A stretch of DNA of 63,815 nt, the filler included, from Lenisia limosa (Eukaryota; Protista; Breviatea), in the NCBI GenBank assembly GCA_001655205.1. It is 13 parts of 13 records of this genome, joined end to end, with 100 filler letters (N's around TTAATTAATTAA, not from the genome) between each part and the next. Parts side by side here need not be neighbours in the genome. Positions count along the whole stretch, not along the records: positions 45,523 to 50,595 come from LPNZ01005438.1; positions 50,696 to 56,549 come from LPNZ01009691.1; positions 56,650 to 58,509 come from LPNZ01007920.1; positions 58,610 to 60,338 come from LPNZ01007301.1; positions 60,439 to 61,952 come from LPNZ01008500.1; 8 more parts are not named here. One strand, written 5' to 3'. Shown piece after piece: positions 49,201-60,550 of this stretch. The first letter of the stretch is position 1; each line of letters begins with the position of its first letter. The notes beneath the pieces are model-generated. The model was not told the origin of the DNA, made no database searches, and worked only from the letters and a program-made list of their open reading frames with translations. The translations under genes and the position numbers were made by a program.

Positions 49201-50876
49201 TCAGAGATGTTGACAAGTCTTTTTCAAGTAGACGCTGGCCTAAATCAAGCTATTATCAGGAGGTAATGTATTTTATTTTTGAAGCAATGATTTCATTGCC
49301 TACTCACTCAAAGATTACCTCAAAAAACCTGTTGCCTCCCTTTTTATGTTACTGGGTGATCAAGCGGTGGTGAGACTACAGGCTAGGCTGGCTTTGCATC
49401 ATCTAGTTTTGATAAGTATTCACCACTCTATTTTTTAATAATAAATAAAATACGGGATTGATGCATATCTACTCATCCTTGGTAAAATAATAATAACAGA
49501 AAAAGATATTATATAATATATAATTTGATAACAGTAATGCGAATTGTTGATAAATATGGGGATTTCATTATCGTTACTATTTCATTCATAATACATCTAT
49601 GGAATATCATACAGTATTATCATGAACAATAATACTTCGTTCATGATGTCCCTGTAATTTGGCATATTCGACTATTGATCATTCAGAGACGTTTTCAACG
49701 TTGATGAACATGTTGTCGATCCATCTCCATCTCCAACCAAACCTTCTTGAAGTTGCCGAGCCAGCTGCTGAACAACCTCCACTCCAAACACAAACAACAA
49801 ATTTTGTCTTTGATAACCGATGGACTTCAGTGATGATTTATGCTCGAGGACTCATATTTACAAGCCATCTACTGACAGCAAAGAATAATATCTTTTGGGG
49901 ATTCCATTATAAATCATATTGAACAACTTGTAACATTTAACCACATAGAGTCCAGAATTCGACAACGCTTCCAACACTTTTTACTGAAGAGACCAAGGCG
50001 AACCCAGAACCCCGTCCATTTTGCCAAGATGTATGATACTAAATGGACACTGGTGTACAGATTTTTTAAAAAAAGTTGCCCAATCCGGGGTTGATCCCCC
50101 GACCTCTAGTTCAAAAACTAACAAAAGTCCATCTGGTATTCAGTTGACCACTGGCGTGCATATATCTGCTTTTGGCCCACTTTAACGATTCCCCCCCCCC
50201 CTTTTTTTTCTAATGTATGTTTACTATTTCTCTTGTTTCAAAGAGAGAGAAGAGAGCCAGCTAGTTCACAAATGTATTTTTGGGATGACAAAATTGCTGA
50301 TTGTACNNNNNNNNNNNNNNNNNNNNNNNNNNNNNNNNNNNNNNNNNNNNNNNNNNNNNNNNNNNNNNNNNNNNNNNNNNNNNNNNNNNNNNNNNNNNNN
50401 NNNNNNNNNNNNNNNNNNNNATTTGACTTCAGCGTCAGAAATGGAAGAATCCAGAACGATTCTAAACCATGAATTACGCACGAGCAAGGGAATCAACTAA
50501 TTAAAACATTAATCTTAATCCATTACACCAAAAAAATAACGGTTATATATTTATGATTATAATAAACATACATACATAAGTTGTACCCTGAGTGCNNNNN
50601 NNNNNNNNNNNNNNNNNNNNNNNNNNNNNNNNNNNNNNNTTAATTAATTAANNNNNNNNNNNNNNNNNNNNNNNNNNNNNNNNNNNNNNNNNNNNGGCAG
50701 AACATTTGAGCGCCACACGAGGGTTAATGACATGACAAAACAACAGTTTCGTAGGAAGCACCGAGATAAGAGGCCGGGAGGGAGGTAAATCCATATTTAA
50801 AAAATACTGTCTGAAGGATTGCACCTCATATTTTGAAATGATCCCCATAACCCACAACACCGCAAGACCCCCTTAC

Positions 50877-53800
50877 AGTACTGAGAGCAGCCGTGTCCGA
50901 TTCTGCAAACTTAGTACCGAACTTGCGGTGTAAGGCGGCCACATCAGACTGAATGGTGAATAAATGATGCAGGGGGGGGGGGGGGTTACNNNNNNNNNNN
51001 NNNNNNNNNNNNNNNNNNNNNNNNNNNNNNNNNNNNNNNNNNNNNNNNNNNNNNNNNNNNNNNNNNNNNNNNNNNNNNNNNNNNNNNNNNNNNNNNNNNN
51101 NNNNNNNNNNNNNNNNNNNNNNNNNNNNNNNNNNNNNNNNNNNNNNNNNNNNNNNNCAAACCGCATTAACACCTAAAAGCTCTCCTTTATAACAATAAAA
51201 ACCTATTCTTAGTGACATACAATCTCTATTTTAATATGTGCAAAAGAGAACTGTACTGAGGATCAGTGCGTATGTTCCTATTCCCTTCCGTCCCTTATAA
51301 ACAATACCAAATTATTAATGATAAAAAAATAAAAATAAATCTGAACTCACATATCATAACACTAGATCATATCACATAGAATATGTATCTCTATTATGTA
51401 CAAGTCATAGTATATAAAATACAATATATCAGAAAATGATAGTAAAAGTATATTGTTTATACGATATTACCCCCCACGCGAGGTCTGCACAGAAGGGCGT
51501 TGAAGCGGCTGAAGATAGCGAACATCTCGCGGCCGGTCCGGGCTGTGGCCAAACGGTCACGCAGACGCTGCATAATGACTCTNNNNNNNNNNNNNNNNNN
51601 NNNNNNNNNNNNNNNNNNNNNNNNNNNNNNNNNNNNNNNNNNNNNNNNNNNNNNNNNNNNNNNNNNNNNNNNNNNNNNNNNNNNNNCTGTCCACACCATC
51701 ACGCTAAGAGATATTGGATTATGGTATAATATTAATTCACCCATCATTTGCCTTACAACTCTGTGTACACAGCTTTCTACGTGCCTCCCCAGCATACAAG
51801 ATAATAATAGAGGGATACAAATCCTAGCTTTTGATTTGACCAGTCCTCATAAATCCGCCCACCCCTCCACTCTCGACACNNNNNNNNNNNNNNNNNNNNN
51901 NNNNNNNNNNNNNNNNNNNNNNNNNNNNNNNNNNNNNNNNNNNNNNNNNNNNNNNNNNNNNNNNNNNNNNNNNNNNNNNNNNNNNNNNNNNNNNNNNNNN
52001 NNNNNNNNNNNNNNNNNNNNNNNNNNNNNNNNNNNNNNNNNNNNNNNNNNNNNNNNNNNNNNNNNNNNNNNNNNNNNNNNNNNNNNNNNNNNNNNNNNNN
52101 NNNNNNNNNNNNNNNNNNNNNNNNNNNNNNNNNNNNNNNNACTTCGGCCGAGGATATTACTGCTCTGCGAAGGTGAAAAATTCCATAAAAAGCCAGCAAA
52201 ATATCCATATTATATGGTATGTATAGAGAATTTATCAAGAAATTCTCTTTTTTGGGAAAGTAGGGAAGTAGTAGGTGTGATGGATTCCGAACAAAGGCTA
52301 TCAAAATATCGATATTTTCTAAGAACTGATCGAAGACTCTAATACCCCCGCCCGCGCACCCTTCATCCCCATCAATCTGAACGGAGTCAACCACGGTCAC
52401 AAGTTCATGGTGGCTGAACCTGGGGAGGGGGATGAAATTGGATAATTTATCAAAACAAAAAAGCCCAAANNNNNNNNNNNNNNNNNNNNNNNNNNNNNNN
52501 NNNNNNNNNNNNNNNNNNNNNNNNNNNNNNNNNNNNNNNNNNNNNNNNNNNNNNNNNNNNNNNNNNNNNNNNNNNNNNNNNNNNNNNNNNNNACACACAA
52601 GAGAGCAAGACCCCCCCTCCCCCAACCTGAACGCTGAAATCTCATCAAGACGTCTTTTTAGTTGCTGGTGGCCAAAGCGGAACTGCAACGTCATTAGATA
52701 TTGCAGTGTAAGCAGCGGAGGAATGGGATATTGCAGTGTCAGGAGCGGAGGAATGGGATATGACACAAACACAAACATCAACTCACATTGACGACGCGCT
52801 CCTTATTTTTGTTGCCTTGGTCTCTTATGACCTTGCGGGAGTTGTCCAATTGGTCTTGCCAGCTCTTGAAGACTGCTTCAACCTTCGACAGCAACTGGGT
52901 GGGGTAAAATTGGATAAGTAATGACACAAAGAAAGAGGCCCAAAATCAACTCATTGGCTCAAAATGTATGTGGGGATACATAAAGACAAACATCCGCGCC
53001 TTCACACCTCCTTGAAGCCCTCAAAGTTCATAGTCAGTAAGCGCGTTGACGTAACTAATGACGCAATCTGGGGGATTAAATTCGGTTTGCGCAGTTCATC
53101 ATAATTGCCTATGTATATCATTGCATATTATATTATAGCAGAGAAATAAAAAATAAGGTTGTATCTTTGCATATTACATATGATATATAATACATAGTAT
53201 ATCATATTATTTATATTATAGTCATAACTACATCATAGACTATATCATATAATGCCTTGAGGCATTCTGAGGGAATAAATGCATCATACAGGGTTGTCAT
53301 CATACATGGTATGCACGTATTTCTATCACATTATTCATGCCTTGATGGTAATAATTATTATCGGATTTCCTTTGGTCAAACCAGTCAAGACTCCTACCAA
53401 CCATATCGTATAAACAACAACATCCGAACACACCTTATCTGCGAACTCATAGCTAATGGCCTCGATGAGATGGATAGTCCGAGTGGCTGGGTATCTGGAG
53501 GGGGGGGGGGGNNNNNNNNNNNNNNNNNNNNNNNNNNNNNNNNNNNNNNNNNNNNNNNNNNNNNNNNNNNNNNNNNNNNNNNNNNNNNNNNNNNNNNNNN
53601 NNNNNNNNNNNNNNNNNNNNNNNNNNNNNNNNNNNNNNNNNNNNNNNNNNNNNNNNNNNNNNNNNNNNNNNNNNNNNNNNNNNNNNNTGTGTGACACTTT
53701 CGTCTTCCTATTATTTGATTACACCCTCCCCACTTGGTAGTTTTCAGTTTCTTGATGTGGTTGAAGATGATTTCAATGGCAGCGGGAAGCTTGGACAGGT

Positions 53801-55483
53801 CGGAGGTGGCGGCAATCTGCAACGTCAGAATACACTATTTAAGAACCAAAAATATCAACTCTGTTTACTGCGATCATCAATGAAGAATACTGGTGTAGGG
53901 ATGGGGGGGGGGTGAAAACATAATTCTATGATAGCATAATTCCATAGTAACGCTGAAAATCTATGATAATAAGGATACAATCTTCGCATATTGACCAAAA
54001 ACAAAGGGCACTACAGTATTCAACACCACAAAACCCGTTAGGCTGGACCCACTTCATCCACAGGCATTTCCTTAGTGAAATGAGAGTACGCCACAGCTGA
54101 AAGATGAGCAAGGAGGTTACTACAGTGTTTTCAATTAACACAAATATTGTATTTGGTATTTCTCTAACCAAAAAACTCAATAGTTCTCAACCAACCCTGA
54201 TCTTTGATCGTCTCTATGCTGCGAATCAACTCGGTGATGCCGTGGATGGCGTGCATGCGCCGCGCAGCCTGGAGGAGATCCCTTGAAAACACTAGGGAGG
54301 GAGATGCGTGAGATATGTTCAAATTCTGCTGGAGATGAGGCTAATACAAATAATCACAAATTGAGAGGAATTCTGAAGATATGGGTGGCCCACCCATTTC
54401 AGGAGAGTTGAGCTTGGCGGTGATTTTATCTGCCCGAGCCACGACAGACGGCCAGAGAATCGCCTCACGACCAGGAGACATGNNNNNNNNNNNNNNNNNN
54501 NNNNNNNNNNNNNNNNNNNNNNNNNNNNNNNNNNNNNNNNNNNNNNNNNNNNNNNNNNNNNNNNNNNNNNNNNNNNNNNNNNNNNNNNNNNNNNNNNNNN
54601 ATCAACTCTGTTGGCTCACAACACAAGGGCTGAGAACAAAACAAGAAACACACAATGCCCAGCCAAGTCCTGGTACAAATGAAAACAAAAATATGGAAAT
54701 CCAAATCAGTTTGAGATTTACCGACTTCTGAGAAAAGTCTATGAACTCGCGAACAGCACTTGACCAAGATGATACCTGGGGGTGAGTTGAAGAATAATAA
54801 ACCTGGGGGGAGGGGGAGCAGTAGGAAGAAAGAAGAAATAAGANNNNNNNNNNGTCCACATTATCACGTATACAAGATACTATGAGTATTTGCCACCACA
54901 CCTTCAATAAATACCAATAAATAGCGATAAATATCGAGGTTCAAAGGTCTGAACTATACGCATAGACACAGTTTTCAACACTCTCTCCCACTGTTTGCTG
55001 AATAGTGTTGAGGAAGCTGCTATCGTGATTTGCTTCGAGGAAGGAGGTCACGTCTGGACTGGACTCCTATTGGGGGGAGTAAAATTGGAAAATTTATGAA
55101 TGAAACAAAAAAAGCCAAAATCAACTATGTTGGCTGACAACACACAAGGGCTGATAACAACANNNNNNNNNNNNNNNNNNNNNNNNNNNNNNNNNNNNNN
55201 NNNNNNNNNNNNNNNNNNNNNNNNNNNNNNNNNNNNNNNNNNNNNNNNNNNNNNNNNNNNNNNNNNNNNNNNNNNNNNNNNNNNNGATATTCTGTTTTTC
55301 GATTTAATCCCCCATCCACCCAACACACAAAAAAAATAATCATTCAGTTGAAATGTCCTTCGTTTACCCCCCCTCCCCTTACAGTGGAGAAGAGCTGGGC
55401 TACTGCAGCAGGTACTTCCAGAGTTACCTCAGGAATGTCAACAGCATCACTACATTGGTGTGATGCTGATGATGATAATAATA

Positions 55484-55542
<59 letters not shown>

Positions 55543-56535
55543 CAATACCAACTTCAAGACACCCCTCCTCCCCACCTGCAATGGTCCAAACTGTGTGTCA
55601 ATTCAGCCAGCCGCCTGCGAACTAAAGGCAAACCTGGGGTTATGATAGGCTATTATAAAAGGCATAGAGGAGCTCTCTATACCCCTCACAAACCACTCTG
55701 TATACATTCCAAAAAAAACCCTCCCCTGTGCCTCTTATACGCACTATACTTGGGGCTTCGCTTCGGTTCGAAAAAAAAGACTGAATTTCTTGATAAATCC
55801 TCGAAAACTATCGATATTTTACCGGTCTTTTTCGCAAGCCCTATACCCACCGCGGGCGGAGTCGTCGGTCTCGTCCAGGCCGGACGACATGCGGCTGATA
55901 ACCGGCTCAATTGCGTTGGATACCACCGACCGCAGCACGTCCATCACCGACGCGCCGGACTGGGGCGTGAAATCCATGAATTGATTGCGGGATATTCGAG
56001 AATTGATTGAGTAAAACCCGTGAATTGATTGGGGATAATCTTGAATTGATTTTTATATTTCTCGAGGATCAAACGAGGAACCAAAGTGAGTCACCAGATG
56101 TTCCCCACAAACCATTGGCAAGATTGTGATTTGTTGAGGAATGGGCCTAAATTCGTAAGTGGAAATGGGTTCAAATAGACACGCACTCTATATAGAATAA
56201 TATATTATATAATATGATAGTTGACCACCCCACGCAGTAGCACTCAAGACGGGGTAGTTGGGCAGCTTCATGACTACAACCTCCGACTGGCCCGGACTCT
56301 GTGTCGAGGGAGGTCCAAGCAGAATGTGAACTGAGCCGTCTGGGGGGATGACGGGAAGAAAACAGGAGTCTGTCAAGACTTAGAGCTTTCAAATGAAATA
56401 GGAACACTCTTCACACCATCATCACATTAACACTCTTAACACACCATCAGCAACAGCAATGAAAGTCAGGACCGAGACCTGGCTGGATGACACGAAGCTG
56501 TCGATCGCGGCCGGAGCACCGGGGCGTGAAGCGGC
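50877..56535 (-). CDS. DYNC1H1: Cytoplasmic dynein-1 heavy chain, N-terminal tail (DHC_N1), spliced, gapped
   Basis: Colinear exons: [10 protein letters not shown]; [15 protein letters not shown]; DIPEVTLEV; DSSFLNTIQ; [10 protein letters not shown]; [11 protein letters not shown]; [33 protein letters not shown]; [10 protein letters not shown]; [18 protein letters not shown]; [31 protein letters not shown]; DVAALHRKF. Confidence 0.9.
51690..51797. repeat. Dispersed repeat family 5
   Basis: CCACACCATCACGCTAAGAGATATTGGATT...CCATCATTTGCCTTACAACTCTGTGTACACAGCTTTCTACGTGCCTCCCCAGCATA; related pieces at 22078-22135, 22255-22325 and 60688-60731 (reverse) and ~26275. Confidence 0.7.
52420..52469 (-). 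repeat. I3R 3' end at a dynein acceptor (5' part lost in gap)
   Basis: TTGGGCTTTTTTGTTTTGATAAATTATCCAATTTCATCCCCCTCCCCAG|G TTC. Confidence 0.7.
52895..52960 (-). repeat. I3R copy ending at a dynein acceptor
   Basis: GAGCCAATGAGTTGATTTTGGGC...TTATCCAATTTTACCCCACCCAG|TTG CTG. Confidence 0.78.
54601..54680 (-). repeat. I3R copy in dynein intron (3' end in gap next to the exon)
   Basis: GACTTGGCTGGGC...TCAGCCCTTGTGTTGTGAGCCAACAGAGTTGAT. Confidence 0.75.
55067..55382 (-). other. Dynein intron with I3R at its 3' end and an inverted terminal motif at its donor
   Basis: Donor |GTAAGGGGAGGGGGGTAAACGAAGGACATTTCAACTGAATGA; acceptor GCCAACATAGTTGATTTTGGC...TTTTACTCCCCCAATAG|; centre partly N. Confidence 0.72.
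55465..55541. repeat. (GAT)n microsatellite in dynein intron
   Basis: About 25 GAT/AAT units; the poly-Asp/poly-Met ORFs here are artefacts. Confidence 0.95.
55753..55841. mobile_element. MITE family 1 in dynein intron
   Basis: GGGCTTCGCTTCGGTTCG...TTTTCGCAAGCCC|TA. Confidence 0.83.
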
Positions 56536-56760
56536 CTGGGGGGGGGGGGNNNNNNNNNNNNNNNNNNNNNNNNNNNNNNNNNNNNNNNNNNNNTTAATTA
56601 ATTAANNNNNNNNNNNNNNNNNNNNNNNNNNNNNNNNNNNNNNNNNNNNTTTTCTAACTTTTAAAAATATTTATACTTGTCTTTTATTGTCAATAATAAT
56701 AATAATAATAATAGAATATAGCTATATGTAAAACAATGCAACATATAATTAACCCCTTAC

Positions 56761-58344
56761 TTGGAAGATGTGCTCCAGCCCCTTGATTTCGGCGGCCGAC
56801 AATTTAGCAAGATGATGGATGAGATTGGAGCCGTCAGGAAGGGTTTTGACAAGGTCCTTAAATTCGCATTTGGTGGCGAGAGTCTTGAGGAAGGCAGTTT
56901 TGCGGATGTTGATGGCGTCGAAGGCTGCAATGTGCGGCTTCATTCCTAAGGGGTTTAGAGGGGGTTTGAGAGGACTGCGCGTTTTTATTGTTATGGGTTT
57001 TAGTAGGGAAATATGGAGACTGTGACGTGAAAGTTAGTTTATTGGAGGGAAAATACAAAAAAAGAGAAAAAGAGTGCGATTTAGATGATGCCACTTACCC
57101 ACAACAGCAACAACATAACAAACAATCCCCAAACATTAGCAATATTAACAACAATATCAAATAACACACCCGAAACGAGGAGAAGATAGGCGAAGTTCCT
57201 CTGGCCAGCCTTGAGAGCGCTAAAGAGCAGGGATTCGCAGTGCTCCTGGGCCACGTTGACCTTCTTTCCGTCTTGCTCCACTCTGGGGTGTGAAATTGCA
57301 AAAAGCCCCGTAAACTTGGAAAATTTATGAAAAAAAAAAANNNNNNNNNNNNNNNNNNNNNNNNNNNNNNNNNNNNNNNNNNNNNNNNNNNNNNNNNNNN
57401 NNNNNNNNNNNNNNNNNNNNNNNNNNNNNNNNNNNNNNNNNNNNNNNNNNTAAACACGCCATATCCCCCCAACACAGCGTCAGTAAAGTAAGTGTGGTTG
57501 ACGGTGACGTCAGCGCCCTTGGCAATCAGGTTCACGGCCAAGCCGATGTTCTTGTTCTTGGGGGGGGGGGGGNNNNNNNNNNNNNNNNNNNNNNNNNNNN
57601 NNNNNNNNNNNNNNNNNNNNNNNNNNNNNNNNNNNNNNNNNNNNNNNNNNNNNNNNNNNNNNNNNNNNCAACTCTTTTGGCTGACAGCACACGAGGGTTG
57701 ACAGCAACAAAACAAATAAAGCCCAGACCAGTCGCTTCTGCAGCACCGCATCCGCACAATTTATGAAACAAAAAAGGGTTCGTGTGTTTTTGTTCAGGAT
57801 TTATTTTAACCTAAATCCAGATATTATTTTACACACGCTCATGCTCATGATTTACCAACTCATTAAATAGAAACAACCGAGAACGCTCCCCCCACATCCA
57901 CAGCGTAACCGAGAGCGGTATTGCCGTCAACGTCCTTAGTATTGACCTCAGCACCCCTCTGGAGAAGATAGGCTCCGCACATGGTTTGATCTGGGGTGTA
58001 AGGAGCGTGGGCGCGGAAGTATGGTAATTTGTTTATGGTACCCCTTGTATTTTTTTGTTTCCCTAGATTTCTGATGTCTATTATTATTCTTGTCCAAAAT
58101 AAAAAAAAAACGAAAAGGGTGACGTTTTATGATAACAAGAAAATTATATGACAGCTGATATTACAGTGACCAGGATAAGTCTTGAACGATTTGCTATGTG
58201 ATTTCTCAGGGAACATCGGTCAAGACTTATCCCGGTCAGTGTACAATTAAAGAAAAATTTAGGAAATAAAAATAACACATGGGGGACCCTCAAACGATGT
58301 TCAGCAGCATGGATGAGCATAGTGGCTCCGTTGACATCAGTAAC
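56761..58344 (-). CDS. Ankyrin-repeat protein, internal fragment
   Basis: Exons VTDVNGATMLIHAAEH; GAYLLQRGAEVNTKDVDGNTALGYA; GLAVNLIAKGADVT; SLLFSALKAGQRNFAYLLL; DGSNLIHHLAKL. Confidence 0.82.
57670..57758 (-). repeat. I3R 5' and middle part in ankyrin-gene intron, running through a gap to the acceptor; another 3' end at 57283-57340
   Basis: GTGCGGATGCGGTGCTGCAGAAGCGACTGGTCTGGGCTTT...CAACCCTCGTGTGCTGTCAGCCAAAAGAGTTG. Confidence 0.8.
58164..58241. mobile_element. MITE family 2 with TA on both sides, in ankyrin-gene intron
   Basis: TA|CAGTGACCAGGATAAGTCTTGA...TCAAGACTTATCCCGGTCAGTG|TA. Confidence 0.88.
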
Positions 58345-58628
58345 CTGGGGGTGAGTGCAACGTTCAGTATAATCCAGGGGAAATAAGCTGTTAGAAACGG
58401 GTTTGAAGTGTTTGTCTATGTTTCAATATTTGTCTGAATATACCTCCCAGTACACAATATCAAATATAGTTCTCCAACGCATAGCCCCATCTCATCCCCC
58501 CCCCCCCCCNNNNNNNNNNNNNNNNNNNNNNNNNNNNNNNNNNNNNNNNNNNNTTAATTAATTAANNNNNNNNNNNNNNNNNNNNNNNNNNNNNNNNNNN
58601 NNNNNNNNNAGAGCTAATTGCAACAACC

Positions 58629-59954
58629 ACCTCTACAGTCCCGAATACGTCCAAGCAAATGGTGCTGTTCGCATCTACAATGGTAGGGTCATCGTTATTT
58701 CCTGTTAATTTACTTGGCAATCGTGTGGACTTACAAGGCTTCCCTACGGTCCCAAAAAAGACTGAATTTTCGATAAATTTTGGTTAAATATTGATATTTT
58801 GACGGTCTTTTTCGGACCGCAGGGGAACATAGTGTTACCTCATCACATAGTCCTCAAAACCGCCAATTTCACCAAGTGTAACTCTTATTTTATTCAGGAC
58901 GTCCACACACTGATTTGGCCCTTTCAATTACCTCGATTTCTGGTGAGCATTTCATTGGAGGAATGGTGATAATGCTATTATTTTTTATTATTATTATTTT
59001 TTATTTTTTTTATTCCCCAAGATAAATCCCTCCTATTCAAAAGTAACGTCTACCCCATTTCCAGGTCTTGAATCAGGGGATATTCTCTTGGCATCGTCAT
59101 CGTTCGATGTTGTGGTTACAATCGACTGCCTTGGACCACACACGTCGCAGAGTTCTGAGTTTAAGGTGGGTGAGGGTAAGGTAAAAGTTGAATGTATAAG
59201 GCGAGAGATTTATCAAAGGTCAGATTTTATAAGACGAGAGAAAATGGGGGAGATTGGTCAAATTGGGAGGTGATCGTCATTCCCTCACCGCTTTTATATT
59301 CAAGAATGCCAATTTTTTTTCTTCGAGAGGGCCATTTTTCTTTAAGAATACACGTTTTTCTCACCCATCCAGGTCACAAAATTGTCAATTCCTCCAATTT
59401 TCCCCCAAATAAAAAAAGCTTACAAACAACAATAATAACAAGAACAATAATAATAACAGTAGTAATAACAATAATAATAATAATAATAATAAGAGATACC
59501 ATTTCTCACACTATAGGCTACGCTCCCGCCGGGTCTTGAAATGGAGACAATTTCGTTGACGTGTTCGAGCGCCGTCCAGATCGATTCCTCGTTGGGGGGA
59601 ATATGGACAGTACATATGTTTTTTTGTTTTATTTTCCTCCACTATTTTAACCGTTCAGCACGGAGATCACCTGTGACACCGGACTTCTTGCCAAGTCTGA
59701 CAGTCTTGTAGTAAATATGAAGGTGAGGGATTTTTGTGTAATCTTAATACAGTGACTGGGATACCTTGCAATCTCTTTTATTCAAATTTTGCAATTATTT
59801 TTTCAATTAATTGCACAGCCCCAGAAAATTGATATATTTTTTTCGGAGTTGGAGTTATTTTCAAACAGCAGTAATCGTTTTTAGATTCACAGTCAGCCTT
59901 CCGCTCGTTTGACCAAGGCAATTGAGTACTCTGTGGTCACTACGGATTCATTGG
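58629..59954 (+). CDS. Hypothetical Ser/Thr-rich, beta-strand-like extracellular protein fragment
   Basis: GT-AG-bounded exons SPEYVQANGAVRIYN, GLESGDILLASSSFDVVVTIDC, ATLPPGLEMETISLTC (Ig-like He_PIG flavour), ARLTKAIEYSVVTTDSL. Confidence 0.45.
58737..58830. mobile_element. MITE family 1 variant (TIR GGCTTCCCTACGGTCC); similar copies at ~61171-61248 and ~62874-62955
   Basis: GGCTTCCCTACGGTCCC...GGACCGCAGGGGAAC around the family-1 core AAAAGACTGAATTTTCGATAAAT...GATATTTTGACGGTCTTTTTC. Confidence 0.72.
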
Positions 59955-60550
59955 TGAATTGNNNNNNNNNNNNNNNNNNNNNNNNNNNNNNNNNNNNNNN
60001 NNNNNNNNNNNNNNNNNNNNNNNNNNNNNNNNNNNNNNNNNNNNNNNNNNNNNNNNNNNNNNNNNNNNNNNNNNNNNNNNNNNNNNNNNNNNNNNNNNNN
60101 NNNNNNNNNNNNNNNNNNNNNNNNNNNNNNNNNNNNNNNNNNNNNNNNNNNNNNNNNNNNNNNNNNNNNNNNNNNNNNNNNNNNNNNNNNNTCACTCCCT
60201 AACAATTCGGTATGCTGACAGGTCTGTAGAATGCTTTTAATAATTATATTACAATAAAAGAAAATAATCCAATCCATGGTGCTGACGTTGCTACAAATAA
60301 AACACCCCTTGATTAAAGCTTTACAGTAAAATGTAACGNNNNNNNNNNNNNNNNNNNNNNNNNNNNNNNNNNNNNNNNNNNNTTAATTAATTAANNNNNN
60401 NNNNNNNNNNNNNNNNNNNNNNNNNNNNNNNNNNNNNNATACAATGAAGAAAGGGTGATGGTAATTTGATTGTGAATGAAATGTGAAATTTTTATGATTA
60501 CACCGCAACTTACCTTATTAGGGTGAAACCTACCGTCAATATATAGCCAG

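Noticed and set aside
50075-50160. tRNA-like sequence on the minus strand
   Set aside because: Only loose A-box and B-box resemblance and the arms do not pair; not supportable as a gene.
45523-50595. Scattered coding-like fragments (46950-47600, 48240-48620, 49650-50500; also 24640-25450 and 35250-36620)
   Set aside because: Probably exons of real or decayed genes, but I could not chain them or recognise any motif, so no call is made.
55348-56010. 220-aa ORF with poly-Asp, and most other long N-spanning ORFs in the track
   Set aside because: They read through microsatellites, MITEs and N gaps antisense to the dynein gene; not real coding sequence.
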